NCBI GenBank assembly: GCA_951406725.2
Contig: OX597821.1
Location: 25,730,001 to 25,794,000 of the forward strand
Direction of reading: 5' to 3'
Length of the DNA: 64,000 bases
Source of the DNA: Octopus vulgaris
Lineage: Eukaryota
Positions 51,615 to 63,085 of the stretch are shown one piece after another. Below the pieces are notes generated by a model that saw nothing but the letters and a program-made list of their open reading frames with translations, was not told the DNA's origin and searched no databases. Positions within the stretch are counted from its first letter, which is position 1. Each line of letters opens with the position of its first letter. The translations under genes were made by a program, and so were the position numbers.

Positions 51615-52910
51615 GACTGTGACAATTACTATGCAATGTGTTTGATGCACTGTGTCAACTACAGTGCTATGTGTTTGATGGGCTGTGTCAACTACAGTGC
51701 TGTGTTTGGCAGACTGTGTCAACTACAGTGCTATATGTTTGATGGACTGTGTCAACTACAGTGCTATGTGTTTGATGCTTGTTATGCCTGCCATCAGGAC
51801 TTGTTTCATAAAGATAGGAAGAGGCTCCTTGCAGTAGTACTTGGCAAGGATGCAGAGCAGGGGTGCCCAATCCCTATGTCTGCTATAGAGTCCTTCTATA
51901 TAGGGGAAGGCTCTCCACTCCGGGCCCTGAGGTGGATCTCTTCGACTATCTGGCCTCCTCCCAGGTGGCTAATGGTCCTATTTTGCGGCTGTTCTCCATG
52001 GAGGAGGTGAAAATTAGTCAGAGACAGATGAATCCTTCCTCAGTGGCGGGTCCAGATGGACTTAGTGTTCGTGAGATTAAGTCCATGGACCCATGCATTC
52101 ACACCAACATATGTAACTGCATTTTGCTGGCTGGGAAAGTTCCCAACATCCTGAAGTGTGGTAGATCCGTCCTCATACCCAAGAGGACTGACAATCCTAT
52201 GGATCTTACCAATTGGCAACCTTTCACGATATGTTCAGTGGTGTATCATCTGTTTTTGAAAATGGTCACCAAAAGAATGCTTCAGGTAACTCCCCTGATG
52301 GACTGTGTCAACTACAGTGCTATGTGTTTGATGGGCTGTGTCAACTACAGTGCTATGTGTTTGGTGAGCTGTGTCAACTACAGTGCTATGTGTTTGATGG
52401 ACTGTGTCAACTATAGTGCTATGTGTTTGGTGGACTGTGTCAACTACAATGCTATGTGTTTGGCGGACTGTGTCAACTACAGTGTTATATGTGTGGCGGA
52501 TTGTGTCAACTACAGTGCTGTGTTTGATGAACTGTGTCAACTACAGTGCTATGTCTTTGCCGGACTGTGTCAACTACAGTGCTATGTCTTTGCCGGACTG
52601 TGTCAACTACAGTGCTATGTGTTTGCCGGACTGTGTCAACTACAGTACTATGTGTTTGATGGGCTGTGTCAACTACAGTGCTATGTGTTTGCTGGACTGT
52701 GTCAACTACAGTGCTATGTGTTTGGTGGACTGTGTCAACTACAGTACTATGTGTTTGATGGGCTGTGTCAACTACAGTGCTATGTGTTTGCTGGACTGTG
52801 TCAACTACAGTGCTACGTGTTTGATGGACTGTGTCAACTACAATACTATGTGTTTGGCAGACTGTGTCAACTACAGTGCGATGTGTTTGATGGACTGTGT
52901 CAGTTATACA
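51615..52910. repeat. 33-bp minisatellite array (about 5 plus about 18 units) split by an RT fragment
   Basis: Unit TGATGGACTGTGTCAACTACAGTGCTATGTGTT repeated head to tail; diverged units extend to about 51240. Confidence 0.95.
51778..52295 (+). pseudogene. R2-like reverse transcriptase N-terminal fragment
   Basis: QDLFHKDRKRL, FSMEEV..SSVAGPDGL (motif 0), GRSVLIPKRTDNPMDLTNWQPFTICSV (RT domain 1); ends before YADD. Confidence 0.85.
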
Positions 52911-53409
52911 TTTTAGTGTTTTTGAGGAACTATGTCAGTCTTTGTGTCATTCATTGTGTTTCATGGTCTGTGTCATTTAGGCTATAGTATGAAGGATTAA
53001 GTCAGTCATACAATAAAACATTTGATGAATAGTGTCACGCACTATTTTCATTATTGTTGACATTGTGTAAATTTTGGCTATCTTGAGCATCACAGTTGTA
53101 TTCATATTTTTTCATGTACTTTCCAAAGTGTGAATATCTGAGAAGTCTGGGTTTGTAATTGCGTATGTTTAATTGCAATTAATTTTTTCTTTTTCTTTTT
53201 ATCTTCTGTTCTTTATTTTTATTTCTGAGAACATGTTGAACATTGTGAAACTAAAGCTACAAATCATAAAATAAAGGATGATGATGAAGCTAGTAGTTAT
53301 ATTTTCACAATTTTCATTGATATTTTGTGAGGGAATTATATGCTGCCTCCATCTTTGCAAGTTACCTCACACAAAAAAGCTGTATTTGTTATGTAAGTAA
53401 AGAAAAATG

Positions 53410-53800
53410 AAGGAGCATGGCTCAGTAATTAGAACATCAGGCTTACAATAATGAGTTTGATTCCTGGACTGGGTTGTGTGTTGTGTTCTTGAGCAAGTCA
53501 CTTCATTTCATGTTCCAGTTCACTCAGCTGTAGAAATGAGTTGCAACATCACTGGTACCAAGCTGTATCAGCCCCTTTGCCTTTGCCTTGGATAACATTG
53601 GTGGGGTGAAGAAGGGAGGCTTGTATGCATGGGCGACTGCTGGTCTTCCATAAACAGTCCATCAAACACATAGCACTGTAGCTGATACAGTCTGTCAAAC
53701 ACATAGCACTGTAGTTGACACAGCCCATCAAACTAGACTTGTGCTTTGGAGGGGAACTTTCTAGGTGTAATTCCATGGTCAGTCATGACAAAGGGGTTCT
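53410..53800 (+). mobile_element. SINE family C carrying an inverted minisatellite insert
   Basis: Family C sequence with 53657-53733 occupied by reverse-complement 33-bp units. Confidence 0.85.
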
Positions 53801-54330
53801 ACTAAAGAAAAGTTTACAAAATAGAATATTAAGAAAGTCCAAAAGCATTACATTCTTTTTTTACCCCAGGGTAAATGGGATAGATGCTCAAAAGTACTAA
53901 AGTATAAAAACAAAACAAAAGGAAAAAGAGTTTTGTCATAAGTAAAACATGGTTATGTTTGAATTCTTTTGGAAACTCCATTACAAGCAATGGCCTGTAG
54001 CAAACAGCATCATTGACAAATGCCCCAATTCAACTGATGATGAAGCAGATCAAAGGCATTCCAGCGATGACCATCATGTCTTACAGCTACATTATACAAT
54101 GTTCTTCAGTTTAAGATAGTGGAATGTGATTTGTAGATTTCTTGGCTGTATGGTAGGATAGGCATAGCTGTGTTGTTAAGAAGTTTGCTTTGCAACTACA
54201 TGGTTTCAGGTTCAATTCCATCCACTGCATGACACCTAAGGCAAGAGTCTTCTATTATAGCCCAGGGCCAACAACTGCATTGCGAGCGAATTTGAGAGAC
54301 AGAGAAAGTGTGTGGAAACCCATTATATAT

Positions 54331-54705
54331 ATAGCTTGCTTACCAACCACATGGTTCCGGGTTCAGTCCCACTGCGTGGCATCTTGGGCAAGTGTCTTCT
54401 GCTATAGCCCTGGGCCGACCAATGCCTTGTGAGTGGATTTGGTAGATGGAAACTGAAAGAAGCCTGTCGTATATATGTATATATATATGTGTGTGTGTGT
54501 GTTTGTGTGTCTGTGTTTGTCCCCCTAGCATTGCTTGACAACTGATGCTGGTGTGTTTATGTCCCCATCACTTAGCGGTTCAGCAAAAGAGACCAAATAG
54601 AATAAGTACTGGGCTTATAAAGAATAAGTCCCGGGGTCAATTTGCTCGACTAAAGGCGGTGCTCCAGCATGGCCACAGTCAAATGACTGAAACAACTAAA
54701 AGAGT
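54331..54705 (+). mobile_element. SINE family B
   Basis: Near consensus, 5' end clipped. Confidence 0.85.
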
Positions 54706-55179
54706 ATATATATACATATATAGTTTATTTAACAGCTTTTGTTATATTTCTGCTGCTTTTAAATAAAGCATATTACTCTACCTCTGGTATTTGAGTACTC
54801 TTTTTCCCTCACCTTGTTTCACATTTATGTGCCTACTCCGGTATATATATATAAAAGTATATGTTTTTATGTGTCCTCGGGTTTGTACTTGTCCCCTTCT
54901 CACCACTGAACAAAACTGGTGTTGGTTTGCCTATGTCCCTGTAACTTAGTGGTCTGGCAAAAGTGAACGACAGAAAAAGTGCCAGACTTTAAAAGACAAG
55001 TACTGTGTGTATGTGGTGGTGGGGGGAGGAAAGTGAGGTGTGATGCGTGGCAATTTGTTTGACTAAATATACCCTTGAAGGTGGTGCCCCGGCCTGACCA
55101 CAGTCCAATGACTGAAACAAGTAAATGATAAAGGAAATTTCTAACAGGTTGAATGACCAAGAAGAACGAGGCTTGTGAA

Positions 55180-56410
55180 GATGGTGCCGTTCACCATTGA
55201 TAATGTGGTAGCGATAATGGTATGGTTATATACGTTGTAGTGAAAGAGTCGTTGTGATGCTGTTGCGGTGTTAGTGTTTGATGATGGGGGGTAGGGTTCT
55301 TGTTGTGGTGGTGGTGGTGCTGGTGGTGGCGTAATGGTTGTATTGTTATGGTGATAGCGTTTTTGTTAGTGTTGGTGTTGCAGTAGTGGTGATAGATGTG
55401 ATAGTGGTGGTCGTTGTTGTGTTGTTGCGATGTTAGTGTTCTTGTGGTAGGGATGATGTGGCAATCGTGTTGTGACGTTGGTGTTGTTGTTGTGGTGGTG
55501 GTGATAATGTTTCTACAGTGAGCGTTGTTGTTGTGGTGGTGTCTGTTGTAGTAGTTTTGTTGCTATGTTACTGTTCAACCGTATTTATTGATGCTGCTGA
55601 TCCATTGACGTAATTTCTTTTGTTGTTATGTTCTAGTTTGTTGTACGCCGCCACCACCATCGCCACCGCCACCACTACTACCACTACTCCCTAACATCAC
55701 CTCTTCCCTTTGCTCTGGTGTCTCCCTCACACCAGCGTCACACCGTCACTCCATAACACCCGCAGTAGCAGCGTCCGCGCCTCCCTTCCTCCGTCACCAA
55801 CCTTAACCGCCAACACCACCACCACCACCACCATTAACTTACCAGAAACAGTATCTCACTAGCAGCAGCAGCGACAGCAATAGCAGCAGCAGCAGCAGCA
55901 GCAGCACTCCACTCCTCCCCCATCACCACCACAACCACCAGTACTTCCGACAGCACCACCCCTTTTTTTCCTCCCCACCAACACCATCGCCATCGTGCTT
56001 ATTTACCACCCTCACCACCACCACCTCTACCGTCATCACCCCGTCTGTGCCAGTATCACTCCACACAAGCTACACTCACTCAAACTGCCACCACACTGCT
56101 TACAGCTGTCACCACTACCACTACTATAGCCGACGTCACCACCATCACCTCTCGTCAGTGTTGCTATTATGGTGGCGGTAGCAGTAGCAGTAGTAACAGT
56201 GATATTTGTAGTAGTAGTAGTAGTAGTGTCTGTGCAAGTATTAGTAGTAGAGGTAGGAGCAGAAGTTACCGTCATGGTAGTGGCGGTATTAATCGTGCAG
56301 CAGCAGCAGTAGTAGTAGTAGTAGCAACAGTAGTAGTAATAGTAGTAGTAGTAGTAGTAGTAGCAGTAGTTGTAGTAGCAGAGGCTGTAGTTGGCTCTGG
56401 TAGTGGTTCT
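55180..56410. repeat. Low-complexity GTT/GGT then CAC/CAG/GTA tracts
   Basis: Direct inspection. Confidence 0.75.
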
Positions 56411-57472
56411 GGTGAGATCACTCTGCTCTCTCCACTATCAACCTCATATCTCACTTTTTTTTTTTTTTCTTTTATTCCTTTCTCTTTACCTTCACTTTCG
56501 TTCCACTTCTGTCTTATACGTACCACCTCCCACTTTCTCTTTCTTTATCTCTCCTCCCTTACATCTCTTACTCACTTCACTCCCCCTCTCTATATTTTGC
56601 TGACTTTCCTCTTCCGTTCCATCTTTTTGCTCTCTCTGTCCTCTACTCTGTCTTTCCTCACTCTCAGTGTTTCTTGTTCTTCCCCCCATTCTCTCTATCT
56701 TTTCCTTCTTTCCCCTATATATATACATATATCTTTCCTTCTCTCGATATTTTATTCACTCTTTCCTCACTGTCACTGTCTTTTGTTCTGTCTATTTTTT
56801 TCTTCTCCTTCCTCTATTTTCTGTTCTGTTTTATTCCCCGTCTCATCCGCCCTTTCGTTGTCTATAAACACCATAAAGACAGAATATAAGAGAACTTTAA
56901 ATAGTGAAAGACAAGAAACTGAATGAATAAGTCAGAAATGAAGGAATAAGGTTGGAAAGAGAGAAATAAAACGTTAAGAAAGAGAAAACAGTAATTGAAG
57001 GGTTAGAATGAATAAGTGTTGTGTGTGAAACCTGATGACTAACGTGTCCAGGATGTGAAACATTAGTGTAACCTGACAGAAGTTACTATGACATTCCAAT
57101 CAACAAGTTCTCTTTGTTTTGCATTTGATAAAAGACCAGAGGCTGGGCCAAACTCGTAGCCGTTAAATTGTAGCGCTTGATACGTCTTTAACAACTTCTA
57201 TTTGCTTGTTAGACATATGGGGATCGCCTCCCCATAAGAAAAATAAAGCCAAAAACGGCCCTCTTCAAAGCGAGCTACTGGTTCCTTCTATACTATCATA
57301 CACACACGACGGGCTCCTTTTAGTTTCCGTCTACCAAATCTATACAGAAAGCTTTATTCGGTCAGGGCTGTAGAAGGAGACACTTGCCCAAGGTCCAAAC
57401 GCTGTGTGACTGAATCGAAGACCACATTCACATGGTTAGGAAGCAAGCTTTTTTAGCACATAGCCACGCCTG

Positions 57473-57505
<33 letters not shown>

Positions 57506-57879
57506 GGACTAAGTCATTCATTGTAAACTGTAGTTAAGATTGTAAGATGTGTGATTTAAGGAAGGCTTTTGTTGTTATTTCTAGCAGGGCTCCAGGTCAG
57601 CTTTGATCGAGCAGCCCTTATAATCATAAATAACCGACCATAATTCAGAAGTATTCCACCTATAATCATTCTGTTTATTAGTCACTTTTTTTTTTGTTTT
57701 GTTGACTATTTTGTGTCCTTTTTGTATGAAACGTGAGAAACGAAGAAGATTTGGCTGCTATTTCGAGCGAGCTTGCGGAAGCTTTCTCATTGGCTCTTGT
57801 TGTTCACTCCCTGTTTTAATCACAGCTGTATATCTCGCTTACTGCCTATATCCTTGCTTAGTTCCTTTTATCTTTTTTA

Positions 57880-58198
57880 TCCTCTATCTTTTACTTGTTT
57901 CAATCATTAGACTGCGCCCATACTGGGGTACTGCCTTGAAGAATTTTAGTCAAACGAATCAACCCCAATACCTATTTTTTAAAGCCTGGAACTTATTCTA
58001 TCGGGCAATTTTTGCCGAACCGCTAAGTTATGGTGGGGGTAACGATTTTCAAGCAATGGAGGGGGTCACACACGATAGGCTTCTTTCAGTTTCCTTGTAC
58101 CAAATCTATTCACAAGGCTTTTGCCGGCCCGAGGCTATAGTAGTAGACACTTGCCCCAAGGTGTCACGCAGTGGGACTGAACCTGGAACCATGTGGCT
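57880..58198 (-). mobile_element. SINE family B, older copy
   Basis: GGCCCGAGGCTATAGTAGTAGACACTTGCCC...GAACCATGTGG. Confidence 0.75.
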
Positions 58199-61100
58199 AC
58201 TGCGCCTTAGTTTACTAAATAAATCGTCGAAGTTAACAATTTTACATTTCCTCACTTCATATATCTGCTTTGTAAAATACCAATTCATCAACCCACGACA
58301 GACTACCATCTTATTAGGGAGTTGATTTATCTCTGTGCTAAGCACTAACATTTAATAAAACCTCAGGAATTTGGAGACCTCACTATATGATTGCTCCCAA
58401 AGCCCCACCCAATGCTACTTACCCCTACTTCCCCAGCTGACAACAGCCACTACCATCACACAGTTATTCATCTACTATATCCATCATACATTATAACCAT
58501 CACAGTTGTATATGCGTATATGTCTCTAATGTTTTCTCAGCCCACACGGGTACATTGAATAGTTTGTCCATAGGTATTTGTTTCTCTAAAACCATTATTC
58601 TGCCAAACGCATCACAACATCCAATAGTTAGGTAGGGGAGAGAATCCTATCGTGTTTAAACTTTTCATATTGACTATTTAGCTACCAAGTTTCCAATAAA
58701 ACAGCGAAGCTGTAACTTCCAATACATCGCTGTTAATAGCATCGGTGCATTTGGTGCTCTAGACGTGTTAGCTTTCTAACATTCCACCTTGAAATACTGC
58801 TACATTTTAACATTCCTTCGATTGTACCATCTACTCAGTGTTGATGTCATTGTTAATCTTTTCCTTAACACAAAGCATTATTTTGGTTTCGAGCAAGGGC
58901 TGTGGACTGACAGAATCGTAGGAGCGTCGGAAAATATGCCTTGCAGTATTTCTTTCGGCTCTTATGTTCTGAGTTCAAATCCCGCCGAGGTCAGCTTTGC
59001 ACTTCATCCTTCCGGTGACGATAGAATAAACTATTAGCGAAGTATCAAATAAAACCTTGATGGTATCAAATAAAACCTTCCCCTCAAAATTGCTTGTTTG
59101 TAAATTATATGCAATTGTTTCATTTCCTATCGCTTTTATTCTTTTACTTGCTATAATCACAAGGCTGAGGCCATGGTGGGGCACCGCCTTGAAGAGATTC
59201 TTGTCAATCATATCGTCACCAGTACCTATTTTAAAATCTAGTATTAATTTTCGTCATCTGCACTGCGTAGACACCGGTTTTCAAGCGGTGTTAAACATAA
59301 ACACCAAGAAGACCAATGCTCTCTTTATCTCTTTCATGTGCGTGTGTTATGAGAGAAAAACTTGGGGTATGAATTCGATGTACCTTTATTTCATCCGTGA
59401 AAGGAATACCAAATTCATGCGTCGTCTTTCTCTGTCGTAGTATTACACCATAGCCCTATTCGAGTCACATAGAGCCCTGTGGGATCATGCACCAGAGGCC
59501 GTTGAACGTGATTGCTATTAAGAGCTGCGACCAAAACGATAATTTAGTCGCGCCCCTTACGCATCCATTTCCACTACTTATGGTTTCCGTCTATGAATTT
59601 CACTCAGACCTCGGCCCGGAACTATAGTAGTACCAAGCAATGGAAACTACCCCACTTGGTTGCGAAACGAATTTTTAAAGTGCACAGCCATTTCTATTTA
59701 GTCATCTTCACTTTCCTTGTATTTGCATTTTCGAATATGTTACTCTCTCACATCTTAAACTGATTACATCCTTCCTAGAACGATTGATTTCCACACAAGA
59801 AACATTCAAATTCAGTGAGTGTTTTCTGTTTTTAACAACAGTTAATTGACTTGTTTGACAAATTAAATTAAGATGGGTGTAATTGAAACATATTTAACAG
59901 TTTCAAATACCAGTGTGTCAAATGTTTCATCGTTCTTTATTTAATCTTATCCGCATCCATCTAAGCCACCCTTCACCTTTATTAGCATCCATCCATAACA
60001 CTCTTCTTTATTTCTTGTCTGACAAAACATTCTGCCAGAAACGACACTATTTGTCGTTCCTAAGAACACCGGAATTGATTCAATTTTGGGGCCTTAATCG
60101 CTGATTTTAGCCGACGTTGATGACCATTGGTCTTTTTGGACTGTTGGCTTTGTAGTTTTAACATAGCTTCATAGTAGATACTGTGTTTTTTTTATTGTTA
60201 TTATTCTAAAGTAGACGTTACTTTAACGGCGACAATAACGGTGTGATTTGAACTCAGAAGGTAAAGATTCGATATGAAATACGACAGCGCATTTTGCAAC
60301 GATTCTGCGAGTCTACCACCTTGTCCATTGTTCTAATATACAATTGCATTATTTCTTATTTAGGCCCCGGGTCAGATATTCTGGGTGAGAAAACAATCAA
60401 ATCTACACCAGTTTTTGATTGACACTCTATCTTATAGAGCCCAGAAGAATGAAAGGTAATGTTTGACCTCGACGGAATTTGAAATCATAACGTAAAGAGC
60501 CGCAACTAATACCATAAGGCACTCTAACGATTCTGCCACTTGCGTCAACTTTTGTCTTCCAGCGTTGACAAAAATATAGTCAAGTGATAGGGTTGGTTTA
60601 ATCGACTGGCTTCTTCCTTACATGTTTGTAGCATTGTACCTGTTAGAAATCATTAGTGCAGAAAATTATAACATTGGTAGACCATTGGAAAAAATATCTT
60701 GAAGTTCAAATCCCGCCAGGTCAACTTAGCTTTTCATTCTTATCTCGGTCAGTTAAGCTCGTACCCTATGTTAATTTACAGAAAAATAGTTTCAACAAAT
60801 TAAATGAAGAGTGGGAGCAGGTTAAAATAAAATAGTTCAAATACTAGATTTGTACTAATGTAGATTAAGCTAGCAATCTCTTTCTTGCTCCCTGGCACAA
60901 AAAAAAAAATTCTTCGTCGGTTCTTCACAGCACATTTTAGGCTATCTCTTTTCTTATCTGAAGAGCTCCGAAGGTTCTGAGAAGTTTTATATTCGTTTTA
61001 GATTTATTCTACTGTTATGTGTCAGTGACGATCCACGAAATTGATTACGATGAAACCTAATCATTGTTTCATAAAATATATGTCTTTAAGCAACAAAATG

Positions 61101-61515
61101 TTGTAGCTTTAGAGTGCTGAAAATGTAAAATAGATTTTGTGTAGAATTTTTTACGGTCCAAGAAAAATTTGACTGTGACGCTAAAATGAGCCAAGTAACT
61201 AACCCTACACCTACGTAGTAGCACCAATCCAACAGAGGGCGAGTTGCTTGTAACCTGCCAACCAACCAACGTGATTTAGGGCTTGTAATCAAGCAGCTAA
61301 CCTTGAATTGGTTAAGTGCAGCTTTACTTGGCTTTTAGTAATCACAGTAAAGACTTATCTCCATCTCGCTGTTAGTGAGTTCAATTGATGTTTGTCATTT
61401 GTTTAATTTGATGTGACAGTGCTGTCTCTAAACATACACCTTAGATAACCATCCACCTACCCACCCACTTTCACTATTATAATTGTATATTAGTTACAGA
61501 GGCAGTATTAATACT

Positions 61516-62006
61516 GAGAGATAATATCTATCCCCACTTAAATATGGATGTACTGTTAGAACAAACTATACTGCGGTAGATACCATGAGAGAAGCTCTCA
61601 ATATTGGATTTTGGTACAAAATGCAGTCTTGTTTTATATCGCTAACGGGGAGATAAATCCCCGCCATCTCCGGTGCCATATCACATGATTTCGACCTTCC
61701 TTGGTCTTGTAAGTGATGGGTGCTTGATAGAGATAGCAGCGATTCATCTCATCGCCAGCAATATTTAGAATAACAGAGCCAGAAGAAGCACCTCTTCCGC
61801 CGCTGTCGAGCGTCCATCATTGACAAGACCAAGGAAGGTTGAAATCACGTGATCTAATGGTCTCGGCGCTGAAGGTGACAGGGGTTTATCTCCCCGCTAG
61901 CAATATGCACTAAAAGTCGATATGAGAGGTTCTCTCGTGATAACTACCGCAGTATAGTTTGTTGTAACAGAACACCCACGTTTAAGTGAAGATAAACATC
62001 ACCTCT
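61516..62006. mobile_element. Large foldback (palindromic) element
   Basis: Arms at about 61516-61730 and 61803-62006 are imperfect reverse complements (e.g. GAACAAACTATACTGCGGTAG / CTACCGCAGTATAGTTTGTTG; GACCTTCCTTGGTCTTGT / ACAAGACCAAGGAAGGTT). Confidence 0.85.
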
Positions 62007-62619
62007 TGCTATTATAATTATTCAAAGGTGGATGAGAGTGGCAGGCATGATCCAAGTGAACGACATGCTCTGAGCATGTGTCTGTTAATTAGAGCGAGAT
62101 AACTGGATGAAAGCTCTTATCTCAGTATTTAGGGTGACCGTGGTTTTGTAGGGTTTGCACGAGTAGCCCTCGAAGTTTTCTCTCTCTCCCTTCTCTTCCA
62201 ACTGATGGAGAAATTCCTTTGAATTTTTTTCTCTTGTTTACACATTCTTTATATAAATTCCGCACTACATCATCTGTATTGCGGTAAGGTGGCGAGCTGA
62301 CAGAATCGTTAGAGCTGTCACGAATAGTGTTTGGGTGTTTCATCAAATGCCATGGTAGCTGTTGAGCTAGTGAATGAAAACGTATTTCTCGGGCTGCGTG
62401 AAGAAGTGATTGACAACAATCGCAAAGAATTAATAGAAGATTTTATTATTACACATAGAGTTTTAATTGTTGGTCTTTTACAAATAGCAATAATTACATG
62501 CTAAGAGAGATGGAAAACCACGCCGCGTTAAAAGAAGTTGTTTATGAGATATTGTATGAATGTTTAATTCGGTCTGTCCAAGAAGCTGGTGATGTCTGTG
62601 CAAATGTCCCGAGTAAATA

Positions 62620-62830
62620 TGGAGGCGCATTCCGCCCAAACCGCCTTCAGCACCCTGCCTAGCGAGATGCGCGAGCCGTGTGATTGGGTCAGCAAGTCTC
62701 AACACTCTGCCTGGAGTTTAGGCGCCAAAAGTGACTTTTATATAGGGCGCAGAGAGAAGATTCAAGAAAATTGAATCACGCTGTGGCTTGACGCTGATTG
62801 GTTGTTTAATAGACCGATCACGTGAAACTC
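62620..62830 (-). promoter_or_regulatory. Putative Pol II core promoter, minus strand
   Basis: On minus: TCACGTGA (62818-62825), AACCAATCAG (62794-62803), TATATAAAAG (62735-62744), TTTTGGCGCC (62721-62730), CA about 32 nt after the TATA (62712), second CCAAT (62683-62687), GGGCGG (62632-62637); locally CpG-rich, non-repetitive DNA. Confidence 0.6.
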
Positions 62831-62889
62831 ATGTGGTTTGCTCAGGATGTTTGACTGGCTACCTAGCTCGGATTCGAATCGCCGATACA

Positions 62890-63085
62890 GAGCTTCAGGC
62901 AAAATGTCATCTGATATTTTCCCAGCTCTTTTCACGTTCTGATTTCAAATTCTACCGAAGTCACTTGTGCCTTTCATCCTTTCGGGGTCGATGAAATAAA
63001 GTACCGGTGAAGAACTTGGATCGATGATATCGGCTAAGACTTCCTTTCAAAATTGCTGGCCTTGTGCCTGACTCAGAAACGATTC
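62890..63085 (+). mobile_element. SINE family A, old copy
   Basis: GCCTTTCATCCTTTCGGGGTCGATGAAATAAAGTACC core. Confidence 0.7.

Noticed and set aside
51615-52910. CRISPR array
   Set aside because: Units are head to tail with no unique spacers, there are no cas-like ORFs, and the context is eukaryotic
51863-52987. 374-aa ORF as a real Cys-rich or metallothionein-like gene
   Set aside because: It is a chimera of a truncated RT and a 33-bp repeat that lacks stops by construction; the start is non-ATG and there is no splice or expression evidence
57699-58325. 208-aa ORF
   Set aside because: Mostly antisense SINE family B sequence; the same peptide ([12 protein letters not shown]) recurs in many SINE-derived ORFs
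60955-60980. Hammerhead at CTGAAGAGCTCCGAAGG
   Set aside because: No GAAA box and no stem I or III pairing
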